Positions 17,999-27,860 of a stretch of 64,000 bases of DNA are shown piece after piece; the first letter of the stretch is position 1; the number at the start of each line of letters is the position of its first letter. The stretch comes from Thermoplasmatota archaeon (lineage in GTDB: Archaea; Thermoplasmatota; Thermoplasmata; Thermoplasmatales; Thermoplasmataceae): positions 19,079 to 83,078 of the forward strand of contig JAMDDH010000047.1 in assembly GCA_023488885.1 (NCBI GenBank), read 5' to 3'. The notes beneath the pieces were generated by a model that was given only the letters and a program-made list of their open reading frames with translations, was not told where the DNA came from and searched no databases. The position numbers and the translations under genes are program-made.

Positions 17999-19768
17999 TT
18001 ACCGTTTGCTGTTCGAAATGGTCGATAATTCCAAGTTCAAAAGTGAAGTCCCTAACGCGTTTCCCAGATAATTGCCATTATAAGCATATCGCGCCAAGCC
18101 GCTAACAGCTAAAGGTTTTCCAGAATACCCCTTTTTTAGAATGGTTATGTTACTAGCAGGTAAACTCATATAGACTCCCCAGGTTTTGTTTGCCAGAACG
18201 CCATTAACTATGCTGCTGAGTGAGGGGGAGGTAGAAGACTGATACGCCCACATGCTGCTGTTCTGTATGACTATATACTGAAACTTGGACATGTTTCCCA
18301 GAATGCCTGGAGACCATGGCGTAGAATATGCATTCATATAATTGCTGAAATAAGGCATGAGGTTATTTTGTGTTAGTATATATGAGTCCTCGGGTATGTA
18401 TTTCTCCGAATCTAGTAAGAAAAAGGAACCGTTGTTCAATTTAAGGTCCGAAAGGCTAACAAGATTACTTCCTGCGGGACTTGAGGAAGTGTGGGGAGGC
18501 GGGAATAATCCTAAAGGCAAAGACAGAGTCGCTGCCATAAGTATGATGAAAGCCAGTGTGAAGGATTTCTTCCTGATTGAACATATATCTCTATTTATTA
18601 CACTTCTGAATTTTAGGAATTTCAGTAAATTTGGTATGCCGAATATAGCTGCAAGATAAACTGGTCCCACAAACATACCTGTATACTGGTAACCCAATTC
18701 GTAATAACTCGCGTAATTGGAAGGTACAGCGTACATTAAGTAAGGAAGAGCGGTTATTAGCGAGAGCGGAGCGAAGAACGGAGTCATACCGAGAAGTACA
18801 AAGATGAATAATATGAAGAAAAGTTTATACTCATAATTCGAAGAGACAAAAACAAATAACTCAACAGGATTTTTAAACACAAGGGCCAAAAGTCCTAACA
18901 CAGAGGTTGAAGGTGATCCGGTTTCACCTGTGGAAGGAAAAAAGGAATATCCGCCGGACCCAGAAAAATATCCTTTCATTATGCCGGAAAAAACCAGGTA
19001 TAGGTATAATATTGCAACGGCCGCCACCATGATAGATACTTGCCAAATGAAAAGCTTATTTGAGTTTCTGGGAGCCCAGGACTTCATGTCTGTTCCACTT
19101 TTGGTTCGGAGGTAGATAAACTCATATAAAATAATACTACCAGCAATATATACAAAGTTAGAATGCAACGAGACAATGAATGCGAGCGAGGTAATGTGAA
19201 GAAATCCTCTGCGCCTAAAAAAAGAATATATCGCCATGAAGAAAAAGAATGGCAGAAAAGCAATATTATGAAAATCGAATGAGACAGGACTCTGGACATA
19301 TGGAGACATTTCAAAAGAAATAACAAGTGCGAGTGAGATGAAATTTGTCGATAATTTATCCATGCCCATCCCTATAACATATTTAGAGACGAGATATAGT
19401 GGAACTGCCGCAAACGAAACAAATACCGCCTGAAATATAAGGATAGAGATAGGCGAAGGATAGATCAAGTAAATCGGTAGCTGAACGAATTCAAAGGGAG
19501 CAAAATGTTCTGCAAGGAAATTGCCACCAATTAAAGGACTGTAAAACATATGGCCGTGCAAAGTCGACCACAGTATTTGCGAATGAATGCCAAGATCATA
19601 TGCGGATGAGTCTAGGGAAAAATATTTCAATATTGAAAAATACGAGAATGCAAGAGAGAAAAATAACGAAATTAAAATTACCAATAAGAAGCTCTTCTTC
19701 TCATCGCCAATAAATCCTGTTTTATTCTTTAGATGACGGAGCACGTCCCGCGTAGATATCAAGTGCAT
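17999..19768 (-). CDS. DUF2079-like polytopic membrane protein with extracytoplasmic C-terminal domain
   Basis: SLDSSAYDLGIHSQILWSTLHGHMFYS...NFLAEHFAP is a DUF2079-type N-terminal motif. It has ~12 TM helices and then an S/N/Y-rich tail. Confidence 0.6.
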   Translation of the reverse strand: MHLISTRDVLRHLKNKTGFIGDEKKSFLLVILISLFFSLAFSYFSILKYFSLDSSAYDLGIHSQILWSTLHGHMFYSPLIGGNFLAEHFAPFEFVQLPIYLIYPSPISILIFQAVFVSFAAVPLYLVSKYVIGMGMDKLSTNFISLALVISFEMSPYVQSPVSFDFHNIAFLPFFFFMAIYSFFRRRGFLHITSLAFIVSLHSNFVYIAGSIILYEFIYLRTKSGTDMKSWAPRNSNKLFIWQVSIMVAAVAILYLYLVFSGIMKGYFSGSGGYSFFPSTGETGSPSTSVLGLLALVFKNPVELFVFVSSNYEYKLFFILFIFVLLGMTPFFAPLSLITALPYLMYAVPSNYASYYELGYQYTGMFVGPVYLAAIFGIPNLLKFLKFRSVINRDICSIRKKSFTLAFIILMAATLSLPLGLFPPPHTSSSPAGSNLVSLSDLKLNNGSFFLLDSEKYIPEDSYILTQNNLMPYFSNYMNAYSTPWSPGILGNMSKFQYIVIQNSSMWAYQSSTSPSLSSIVNGVLANKTWGVYMSLPASNITILKKGYSGKPLAVSGLARYAYNGNYLGNALGTSLLNLELSTISNSKR

Positions 19769-19938
19769 GGATGAGGAATGCTTTCCTATTTAATATTGGT
19801 ACTTTTTGCGCCTATTGCTATGCTTCCTTTTTGTTTTAAGTGCCATAATTTCCGTTATAAAACAGTCTAAGAGCAACATTCGTATATCGTAGCCAAAAGA
19901 ATAATTCTTATACCTGCCACCGTGATCACTTTATCCCA

Positions 19939-21156
19939 TTGAAATCCAATCGCAATGAAACTAATGAAATCAATATCGGTTTTCTTCTACCTGTGCCACC
20001 TTCAAGGATGGGGCTGTTCAATCAGTTAAAATGGATAAAAACTTACTCTCATACTGGAAAGTTTACTCCGATTATTTTCACCGATACTGTTGACCCGCAT
20101 CGAATAGACAATTTAAAAGTGGAGAATATAGCACTTGGGATCGGATTCTCCTTCTCAGTTGTAAAGAAGGCAAGAAAGTTTAAAGTAAAACTGTTGCACA
20201 TACAATACAACTACGGGTATCTTGGTTTCGGGAATAGAGTATTACTAGTTACTGTAACATCGTTATTTAATCTGCTTGCAACAATTTTGCTCTCTAACTT
20301 ATTCAAAATTAATACTGTTGTGACACTTCACTCTGTTCCTTCTGAGGATAGCTTACCGGGGAATATCAACCCATTTATGCGCGGGCTATTCTACAGACTG
20401 ACTGAAATTTATAATAAACTTCTATTAACTGCCACAAATCGCGTTATCGTCTTTTCCAAACAGCAGTATGAAAGTCTACGCAGTGATAAACTACCCGGCA
20501 AAGTCTGTATCATTCCTCACATGGTTTACCGTATGGATACACTGGAAAAAAAGCATGAGAAATTTACATTCACATTTCATGGTTACCTTAGACCTTCTAA
20601 AGGCATCGATGATCTTCTGGATGCTTACGTGAAACTTTTTGAGCAGTTTCCGGGACTAAATCTAATCATTGCGGGAGGAAAACATTCTTCCGCAATTTCA
20701 GCATTCAATAACGAAGAGCTTTTTCTTGAAAAATTAAGAGATAGAATAAAGAGACTTCAATCAACGTGTTCCATTGAGTTTTACGAGGGATTCCTCCCTG
20801 ATCAACAGCTTAACGACATTTTTTCACGTACAGATGTTATTGTATTGCCGTACATTGATAAGGGAATTGAGGTAAGTGGTGTTGTTTCAAGAGTTTTGGA
20901 TTTACACTTGCCTTTAATATGTTCTCAAACACCAAGATTTCAAAGCGAACTTGAAAACGGGGTGACAGCATTATTTTTTGAACCGCAAAACATCAGGATG
21001 CTGTACGAGAAAATGGCTTTGTTACTTTCCGATTCGGATCTCAGAAGCAGTTTAGCCAGAAATATTGAAGAGAAAGTATTCGAGAGATACCCGGATAAGA
21101 TAGCCAAGATGCATGAAAAAGTTTATTTCGAGATTCTTGGAACTAGCGTCAGTTAG
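19939..21156 (+). CDS. Glycosyltransferase, GT4-like
   Basis: FHGYLRPSKGIDDLLDAYVKLFEQFPGLNLIIAGG and VLPYIDKGIEVSGVV; TTG start. Confidence 0.7.
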   Translation: MKSNRNETNEINIGFLLPVPPSRMGLFNQLKWIKTYSHTGKFTPIIFTDTVDPHRIDNLKVENIALGIGFSFSVVKKARKFKVKLLHIQYNYGYLGFGNRVLLVTVTSLFNLLATILLSNLFKINTVVTLHSVPSEDSLPGNINPFMRGLFYRLTEIYNKLLLTATNRVIVFSKQQYESLRSDKLPGKVCIIPHMVYRMDTLEKKHEKFTFTFHGYLRPSKGIDDLLDAYVKLFEQFPGLNLIIAGGKHSSAISAFNNEELFLEKLRDRIKRLQSTCSIEFYEGFLPDQQLNDIFSRTDVIVLPYIDKGIEVSGVVSRVLDLHLPLICSQTPRFQSELENGVTALFFEPQNIRMLYEKMALLLSDSDLRSSLARNIEEKVFERYPDKIAKMHEKVYFEILGTSVS

Positions 21157-21163
21157 ATCCCCA

Positions 21164-22102
21164 TTATTTGCTCATTTGTGAAAGATACAGCGCGTACTTA
21201 CTGTTAAAATACACCAAGTTAATAAAATCCCTCATCAGACGATTATCGCTATAACCTCCCAGTGATGACCCTATCAAATCGCCAATCCTGAAATTCGTGA
21301 ACCCGAAATCTATTTTATCCTTTCTTATTGACAGGGATAAATCTGCATCTTCTATTCCGTTGATATATGTTTCATCAAATAATTTCCATGATCTCTTTTC
21401 CAGAAAGGAGGAATTGAATATTCCAAATGAACCAATGTTCACAAATTTCACAATTTCGTGGTTAAAAAAACGATGCAGAATTGACATGTTTTCCAGAGTA
21501 TATGGTGATTGAAATTTCTTCTGGATCTCACTTTCCAGATTATAAAGAGACAAACCTCTATGGCCACGGGCGAGGTGATATAATAATTTCAGATTAGCTC
21601 TCTTCCCGACTTTAACGTGATAAGAATGGTATTTGCCCTGCGGCTCAGTAAAAACAACCGGATGCTCATCAATGCCATCCAGTCCCGATACCAGCTTTGA
21701 GACGGGATCAATCGCGATCATATCATCATTACTCACAATGATCCACCTGAATCCCTTTTCCTTTGCCTCCTCTATTCCACGGTTGCAACTTCTCGCGTAA
21801 TTAAAATAGGGATCATTGGTTCCGCTTTCAACAAAAAAGATGCTGAGCCCTTTAAAAATTGTATCCTGACAATTCCTGGCCATTTTTCCACTGGCATTAG
21901 CAGTTGGAATTATGACCGCAATGTCTTTATTTCCTTCGACTTCGATTACATTGGCATTTCCGGTGGGTCTTGCCTTCATCCATTTAATGAGTTCAGATGG
22001 TGAAGAGAATTCTCCCAGGAATTCCCTTATGTCATCTTGGCTACCTTTTCTGAAAAGGTTCTCCAGTACATTTTTTTCCAACATATTAACCAAACTTTCC
22101 AA
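21164..22102 (-). CDS. Putative GT-A fold glycosyltransferase (GT2-like)
   Basis: DIAVIIPTANASG, IIVSNDDM (DxD-like) and NGIEDADLSL. Confidence 0.5.
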   Translation of the reverse strand: MESLVNMLEKNVLENLFRKGSQDDIREFLGEFSSPSELIKWMKARPTGNANVIEVEGNKDIAVIIPTANASGKMARNCQDTIFKGLSIFFVESGTNDPYFNYARSCNRGIEEAKEKGFRWIIVSNDDMIAIDPVSKLVSGLDGIDEHPVVFTEPQGKYHSYHVKVGKRANLKLLYHLARGHRGLSLYNLESEIQKKFQSPYTLENMSILHRFFNHEIVKFVNIGSFGIFNSSFLEKRSWKLFDETYINGIEDADLSLSIRKDKIDFGFTNFRIGDLIGSSLGGYSDNRLMRDFINLVYFNSKYALYLSQMSK

Positions 22103-22393
22103 ATATGCAAAACTTCTGTTGCCTCCAATTACACTTTGAAGTCATGAGCGTGCAGCTATTCTTAGATTTTATTTATTTCTTGGCCAAAAATAACCGGGAA
22201 ATGATGAATGAAGCATAACTTTGGCGAGTATCCTGCAAACTCACTTCTTTTATATTTCTTCATTCATCCACAAATCTGCTGCCCTTCAATCAATCAACAG
22301 CTGTGGGAGGAATACATCAAGTGTGAAATATGTGATCTTGACAGATGGAACTGAGAACCTTCTTATGTAAATCAGCATCGTTAACTGGGTTCC

Positions 22394-23578
22394 GTGTATT
22401 CAAAGGGAAAAATAACTGGAAAGAAATATGACTGCGTGTTTATTTTGCCGGATATCCCGTTTACTTATCCATCTGGCGGTTTTAATATTGTATATCAACT
22501 TTCCAGAGGGATAACGGATAGAGGAAAGAAAGTATGCATAGCCTACATGGAATTCTGGAAGTTTTATCTGCTTCTGAAATTCAACGATTCCGAGAATCGT
22601 GTCGAGATTCCACCGTATGAGAAAATTCTTGTGCCATTGATCTCAAAAGTCCGTGGATTATTTATATCTTCAATCAAGACTTTGCAGAAAGTCGTGGGTT
22701 ACGTTTTGAACATTGATTATGACTACTCAATTTTAAAAGGCATAGATCAATATTTTGTATTAGGCTTAAATGATATTCTAAAACTTGAAGCATCCAAGAT
22801 AATAGCCACAGGTTGGCAAACGGCATTTTTAGCCTGCGATTACATTGAAAGCACGAATGCAGAAGGGTATTACCTTATACAGAACTCGGAGGATGATCCT
22901 TCCTTTTCTGGTAAATTTTCGAAGTATGCATCAATGTCTTATGAAACTGGTCCATTGAAAAAAATAGTTTTAAACGAGAATCTTTTCAGAAGATTTGAAA
23001 ACGAAGTGCCTATGAAGATAAGTGTTGGCATTGATGCACAGATGTTCCACTCAAAGGAAAACGCTGATATGGAACGAGCTACGTCAGTGCTTTTTGTCCT
23101 ACGTACTAACCCTTCCAAAGGAGCTGAGTATGCGATAAAGGCCATGGAAAGACTCAAGAATGAGGTTAAAAATGTTAAGATATTCGCCTATGGCAATATG
23201 AACAAGTCTGCGGTACCAGAATACGTTCACTATTACAGGACTCCTACTAATGAAATACTTGTTGATTTGTACAATAAAACATCCATATTTGTGCTTCCTT
23301 CCATTGTAGAAGGTATGCCCGTTCCACCGCTTGAAGCCATGTCTTGCGGGAATGCCGTGGTGGTGACAGATAATGGCGGGGTAAACGAGTATATTACGCA
23401 TGAGAAAAATGGGTTGATTGTTCCAGTTAGAGACCCAGATGCCATAGCGGAATCTGTGAAGAGGATCATATCAGATTCTGAACTCAGAACACGTCTCGTA
23501 ATAAATGGTAGATATACTGCTCACCAATACACTTATGATGAGATGGTGGATCAGTTTGTCAGGAACGTGTTCAAATAA
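22394..23578 (+). CDS. Glycosyltransferase, GT4
   Basis: PSIVEGMPVPPLEAMSCGNAVVVTDNGG (E-x7-E); GTG start. Confidence 0.8.
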   Translation: MYSKGKITGKKYDCVFILPDIPFTYPSGGFNIVYQLSRGITDRGKKVCIAYMEFWKFYLLLKFNDSENRVEIPPYEKILVPLISKVRGLFISSIKTLQKVVGYVLNIDYDYSILKGIDQYFVLGLNDILKLEASKIIATGWQTAFLACDYIESTNAEGYYLIQNSEDDPSFSGKFSKYASMSYETGPLKKIVLNENLFRRFENEVPMKISVGIDAQMFHSKENADMERATSVLFVLRTNPSKGAEYAIKAMERLKNEVKNVKIFAYGNMNKSAVPEYVHYYRTPTNEILVDLYNKTSIFVLPSIVEGMPVPPLEAMSCGNAVVVTDNGGVNEYITHEKNGLIVPVRDPDAIAESVKRIISDSELRTRLVINGRYTAHQYTYDEMVDQFVRNVFK

Positions 23579-23632
23579 TCTTCTGTCTAAGAATCCGTGA
23601 CGATCTATCACATAAGACGATTCCGTGGCACT

Positions 23633-26374
23633 TCAAGAGGATATCTCAGTTACCATTACTCCAGAGAAGGTTAATTTTCCAGACCAAGTATTGACGTAAC
23701 CGCGGTATTCTACACCAATGTAGGCATTCTTTACTTCAACAGGTAATACTGTCATTTCCATGGTATTTCTAAATTTGAAATCGTTTCCGGATAGGTTCTT
23801 GGAATCTAAAATAACTTTGCCGGATCCGGCAGAGATGTCAAGGTTGATACTGTTATTCGGGGAATTATTGGTTGTTTGCAGGTAGAATGTGACATTATAA
23901 GTTCCCGGCAGAAGTGTAGTATATGGCCCAAACCACCCTGTTTTCCCGCCGGTGATATTTGACAGAGTGATGTTGCCACCTGAGTAACCTGTGTAAGATT
24001 CCCTTGCAAATGAAGATGCAGGATAATACGCATTGTACGGGACGTAAACCTTGGGGGGTCCCGTGTAGTTTTTCTCAAGGAGAATAATGCCCGATGCCTC
24101 TCCAAGTATTCCGTACTCTCCGGAGGAGTAAAGCTGCTGAAACTCGACATTAATCGTTAAATTACTCCAAGGATTCGTATTGGTTGAGAGATTAAGATTG
24201 TACAGAATGAAAAAAGGTTTCTCAGAATAATTGTACATGAATGGATTCAAAACATAATCCGATTTCAAGATTGGAGCTATTTGTATCTGTGCTAATACAT
24301 CGCTATTACTTGGGATCATACTGACTAACGATGAGAGTGTGTTAGTTGAAAAACCGGGAGAAAACTGGTTCACTTTCACACCGATGAATTTGAGTGTCCC
24401 GTTCCAGTTCACATTTATTCCTCTGAACTCTATGCTGGAGCGTATATTACCCACGTAGAAACTAATATTAACCATGCTCGTCGAACCGTTTGAGCTAAGA
24501 TGCGAGCCGGATACTGATTCAGAACCAAGAACCATGGCTCCGGATCCGGCAGAGATGTCAAGGTTGATACTGTTATTCGGGGAATTATTGGTTGTTTGCA
24601 GGTAGAATGTGACATTATAAGTTCCCGGCAGAAGTGTAGTATATGGCCCAAACCACCCTGTTTTCCCGCCGGTGATATTTGACAGAGTGATGTTGCCACC
24701 TGAGTAACCTGTGTAAGATTCCCTTGCAAATGAAGATGCAGGATAATACGCATTGTACGGGACGTAAACCTTGGGGGGTCCCGTGTAGTTTTTCTCAAGG
24801 AGAATAATGCCCGATGCCTCTCCAAGTATTCCGTACTCTCCGGAGGAGTAAAGCTGCTGGATAAGTTGATGCATCGTTGGGTTGTTATTCATGTAAAAAT
24901 TGTATGTAGAATCGACAGTATTTGCTATTGCATATTGGGGAAGAATCCTCTTCCACATCCCGTGACCCAAGTTAAATGTAAAGTTTGACGGCACAGTCAT
25001 TCCGCCTATTAACAAACCTGCAGCGGTTTCCGGACGCGGGAGAACTTGAGGCATGTCGTTCTGGAACAAAACTCTTGAACTGTTTTCAGGGATTAGGTTT
25101 ATTAAATCAGAATACTCCTGAAAAAGAGTGGAGTTAACGTCAGTCATCTGTTTATATGCAAAATTGTCTGATGAGTATTTGTTGAGTGGTGAGTAAGGAA
25201 GAAAAACCGTGCCAAGCAGGATTATGAAAACCAAAATGGCAGTAACGATCTTTAACTGTTTTCTTCTTTCATCTCGATGTGTTCTAACCTGCTTGAGGCT
25301 GTTTTGTGACTCATGTGGAGGAAAACTATTTGACCCAAATGTCAAGTAGGAAATTGCATCGATGGTGCCGAGGTACACAAAAGGAATAATTCCAGACGAA
25401 TCCTGAAACCTGCTGAATAAAGGAAATATGTAAAATGGACTCATGGAATACAACGCAAGAAACATTGATGGCAGAAGAAATACTACCCATCTCCTGGAAA
25501 GGAACGGAAGAAACAGGAACGGTGAATATATGAGCAAGATGGTGAATATTCTGTTGTCAAGATTCTGTGAAAGTGGATAAAGTATGGGAGGGATCCCGCC
25601 GTAATTTATTGGCACATGCTTAACCCCGATGGTTAACTCCCCCGATATCCCTGAAATACCAAAAAGATAGTATCCTATGAGCAAATATGAAATAGTAAAT
25701 GCGAAGAGGAGAAGAAACGAACTAACTTTTTTCAAATTGAATACGTCTTTTCTGAGAAAATAATTGTATGCCTGTTCTAATACAATCATAAGGCTGAACA
25801 TCGCCGGAAAGATTGAATATGGAAACCTTACCATTCCCGAAAGAACGAAAAGCAGTATTGATACCTTATATTTCTCTTTCAGAAAAGCGTAAAAGGCAAA
25901 TAGGAACAATGGTACGAAGAACATCTGATAATGAAAATCAAACCAGTTTACGCCAGAGACCGGAAAATAAATGAAGTATGAAGATGCCAGAAGAAAGGCA
26001 GAGAACCCATTCTTGAGTTGATTAAGAGCGATTCCATAAATTGCCAAAGCAGAGATCGCGATGGCAAAAGACTGAATTCCAAGAAGAAGAGGGAAACTTC
26101 TGGGTATGGACATTGGAAAAACAATGAAAGATATTCCTTGATTGAAGAAGTGAAAAAGGAACAGATGAAGTGTCCAATGTGAATTCATTACGTTCCAGCT
26201 TGTTTGCATTGCAACGCCAAGGTCAAATACATATGAATGTAAAGATAGAAATTTCCAATAAGTTATACTGCTCCATGCAAAAGTATATACAATAACTTCA
26301 GAAATTATAAGTATTGGGAATATGAACGGGGCTTTAGATAGTAAGCTATCTTTTATTCTGTTCAACAGGATCAT
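23633..26374 (-). CDS. DUF2079-like giant membrane protein with a tandemly duplicated C-terminal extracellular domain
   Basis: FLSLHSYVFDLGVAMQTSWNVMNS is a DUF2079-type motif. About 14 TM helices are followed by two ~240-aa repeats that contain a 106-aa perfectly identical block. Confidence 0.65.
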   Translation of the reverse strand: MILLNRIKDSLLSKAPFIFPILIISEVIVYTFAWSSITYWKFLSLHSYVFDLGVAMQTSWNVMNSHWTLHLFLFHFFNQGISFIVFPMSIPRSFPLLLGIQSFAIAISALAIYGIALNQLKNGFSAFLLASSYFIYFPVSGVNWFDFHYQMFFVPLFLFAFYAFLKEKYKVSILLFVLSGMVRFPYSIFPAMFSLMIVLEQAYNYFLRKDVFNLKKVSSFLLLFAFTISYLLIGYYLFGISGISGELTIGVKHVPINYGGIPPILYPLSQNLDNRIFTILLIYSPFLFLPFLSRRWVVFLLPSMFLALYSMSPFYIFPLFSRFQDSSGIIPFVYLGTIDAISYLTFGSNSFPPHESQNSLKQVRTHRDERRKQLKIVTAILVFIILLGTVFLPYSPLNKYSSDNFAYKQMTDVNSTLFQEYSDLINLIPENSSRVLFQNDMPQVLPRPETAAGLLIGGMTVPSNFTFNLGHGMWKRILPQYAIANTVDSTYNFYMNNNPTMHQLIQQLYSSGEYGILGEASGIILLEKNYTGPPKVYVPYNAYYPASSFARESYTGYSGGNITLSNITGGKTGWFGPYTTLLPGTYNVTFYLQTTNNSPNNSINLDISAGSGAMVLGSESVSGSHLSSNGSTSMVNISFYVGNIRSSIEFRGINVNWNGTLKFIGVKVNQFSPGFSTNTLSSLVSMIPSNSDVLAQIQIAPILKSDYVLNPFMYNYSEKPFFILYNLNLSTNTNPWSNLTINVEFQQLYSSGEYGILGEASGIILLEKNYTGPPKVYVPYNAYYPASSFARESYTGYSGGNITLSNITGGKTGWFGPYTTLLPGTYNVTFYLQTTNNSPNNSINLDISAGSGKVILDSKNLSGNDFKFRNTMEMTVLPVEVKNAYIGVEYRGYVNTWSGKLTFSGVMVTEISS
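23820..24139. repeat. 320-bp perfect direct repeat, copy 1 (inside CDS 23633..26374)
   Basis: Checked base by base against 24540..24859: 320/320 identical at a 720-bp period. Confidence 0.95.
24540..24859. repeat. 320-bp perfect direct repeat, copy 2
   Basis: Identical to 23820..24139. The flanks are homologous only at the diverged-protein level. Confidence 0.95.
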
Positions 26375-26524
26375 TTGGCCATCAATTTGACCTTAAAGTT
26401 ATTTCCCATATTATTCGATAAGCCACACCGGAACAAATATCCATGATTCTGTTCAATTCCAAAACACACACACCCATATGATGGAATATATCTGTCAAAT
26501 GTCGACGATGACGTAGCAATAACC

Positions 26525-26532
26525 ATTTAATA
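26525..26532 (+). promoter_or_regulatory. TATA-box-like element (ATTTAATA) upstream of GT gene 26554
   Basis: It lies 22-29 nt upstream of the TTG start with no SD-like sequence. Confidence 0.35.
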
Positions 26533-26553
26533 CTAACAAAAGCTTAAACCACG

Positions 26554-27744
26554 TTGCGAAAGCTGCTGATAGTTACTGATCCAATACCAAAAGGTGTCTC
26601 TGTTCAGTTAGAGTTAACTAGATCGCTGGCAGCATCGCTGAGATATAATTTTCAGGTTTATGCGACGTCTTCGTATATTTCGAAGAGTGCAAAAGAAACA
26701 CTTTCGAGAGACAGCGTAATAATTTTAAATTCTAATGGCGGACATATAATCAGAATGCTTGGAAAAATCGGTATTTTCAACGAATCATTTTTTTGGGTAA
26801 TGAGCTGGCTCAGGGAAACCACCACAGGAAAGAATTATAGCGAAGCACATGAAAAGCTTTCCAGCATGGAGTTTGATTATGTTTTAAACATATCGAATAC
26901 CGTTCCCGTAGAATGCAATGCATGGTGGATCCAGGGCTCACCACTTGACATGACTTTGGGTGAGCTTGCGAGTTCCAATAATCTTGCAAAAATACTGAGA
27001 GTTGTTTTCGGAGGCTTAATAGGGAAGCTTGACAGAAGTCTCCTTAACAAATATTCTGCGCTTTCTCCTGTAATGGTGGCGAATTCTGATTATATTGCCA
27101 AATGTTATGAAGCTGTTGGGATTAAGGTCGGCTTTTCACTAGCCACATTCAAGGATTTCTCAAAATTTTATCCAACTACTCCCACACCGTCAGGAGATTA
27201 TGTCTTAACATATGTTGGAAAGGAGACGGAAATTGCTCCACTTGCACAGCTGGCAAAAAATGGGGTAAAGCTGGTCGGTTTCGGCTCCAAAACCCCCCCG
27301 GGACAGAGCAGAGATAAACTCACAAAAATAATGAATTTTAGAGGTTATGTTACTCCATCTGAGTTGCTTGAACTTTACAGTAACGCACTGTTCACCGCAT
27401 TTCCTTTCACAGAGGAACCTCTCGGCTATGTTCCAATTGAATCCATGATGTGCGGGACCCCTGTCCTGACATACAATAAGCAAGGTCCTAAAGAAACTGT
27501 TCTGAATGATGAAACCGGATGGCTTGTCGATGACGCTAATGAGTTCGTAAAGGTTGGAACTGAAATCTGGTCAAAGAAATCGTACGCGATTTCACGTGAA
27601 CGCTGTATCGAACACTCCAAAAATTTGATTTTAAAGAACTCGGATCCTGACATTTTCTTCAAGATTTTTGGGATGAAAACCGTGACTGATACAAAATCTG
27701 CTTTAAGCCCGGCCGAAGATTCGATCATACCGGAATCGGCGTAA
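26554..27744 (+). CDS. Glycosyltransferase, GT4
   Basis: FTEEPLGYVPIESMMCGTPVLTYN (E-x7-E). Confidence 0.8.
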   Translation: MRKLLIVTDPIPKGVSVQLELTRSLAASLRYNFQVYATSSYISKSAKETLSRDSVIILNSNGGHIIRMLGKIGIFNESFFWVMSWLRETTTGKNYSEAHEKLSSMEFDYVLNISNTVPVECNAWWIQGSPLDMTLGELASSNNLAKILRVVFGGLIGKLDRSLLNKYSALSPVMVANSDYIAKCYEAVGIKVGFSLATFKDFSKFYPTTPTPSGDYVLTYVGKETEIAPLAQLAKNGVKLVGFGSKTPPGQSRDKLTKIMNFRGYVTPSELLELYSNALFTAFPFTEEPLGYVPIESMMCGTPVLTYNKQGPKETVLNDETGWLVDDANEFVKVGTEIWSKKSYAISRERCIEHSKNLILKNSDPDIFFKIFGMKTVTDTKSALSPAEDSIIPESA

Positions 27745-27860
27745 TTTTTCCCAAAATACCCCTTGCTGCAGTGAGAAATTTTAGTCTCTTACCTCATTTG
27801 ACAAAAATGGATTCTCCTAATTTATTCTCTGGAAATGGATGGGAGAGAGTATGGAACTGA

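Noticed and set aside
22201-22260. A C/D-box sRNA suggested by ATGATGA at 22201
   Set aside because: There is no downstream CTGA D box at an appropriate distance and no terminal stem.
23806-24825. Track ORFs 23806..24150 and 24430..24825 (near-identical 114/131-aa proteins), and the idea that the 320-bp repeats are a CRISPR array or a DGR template/variable repeat pair
   Set aside because: These ORFs are alternative-frame artefacts of the duplicated block inside the 913-aa CDS. There are only two copies, both coding and 100% identical with no adenine-specific mismatches, and the only RT sequences are dead intron fragments 20 kb away.
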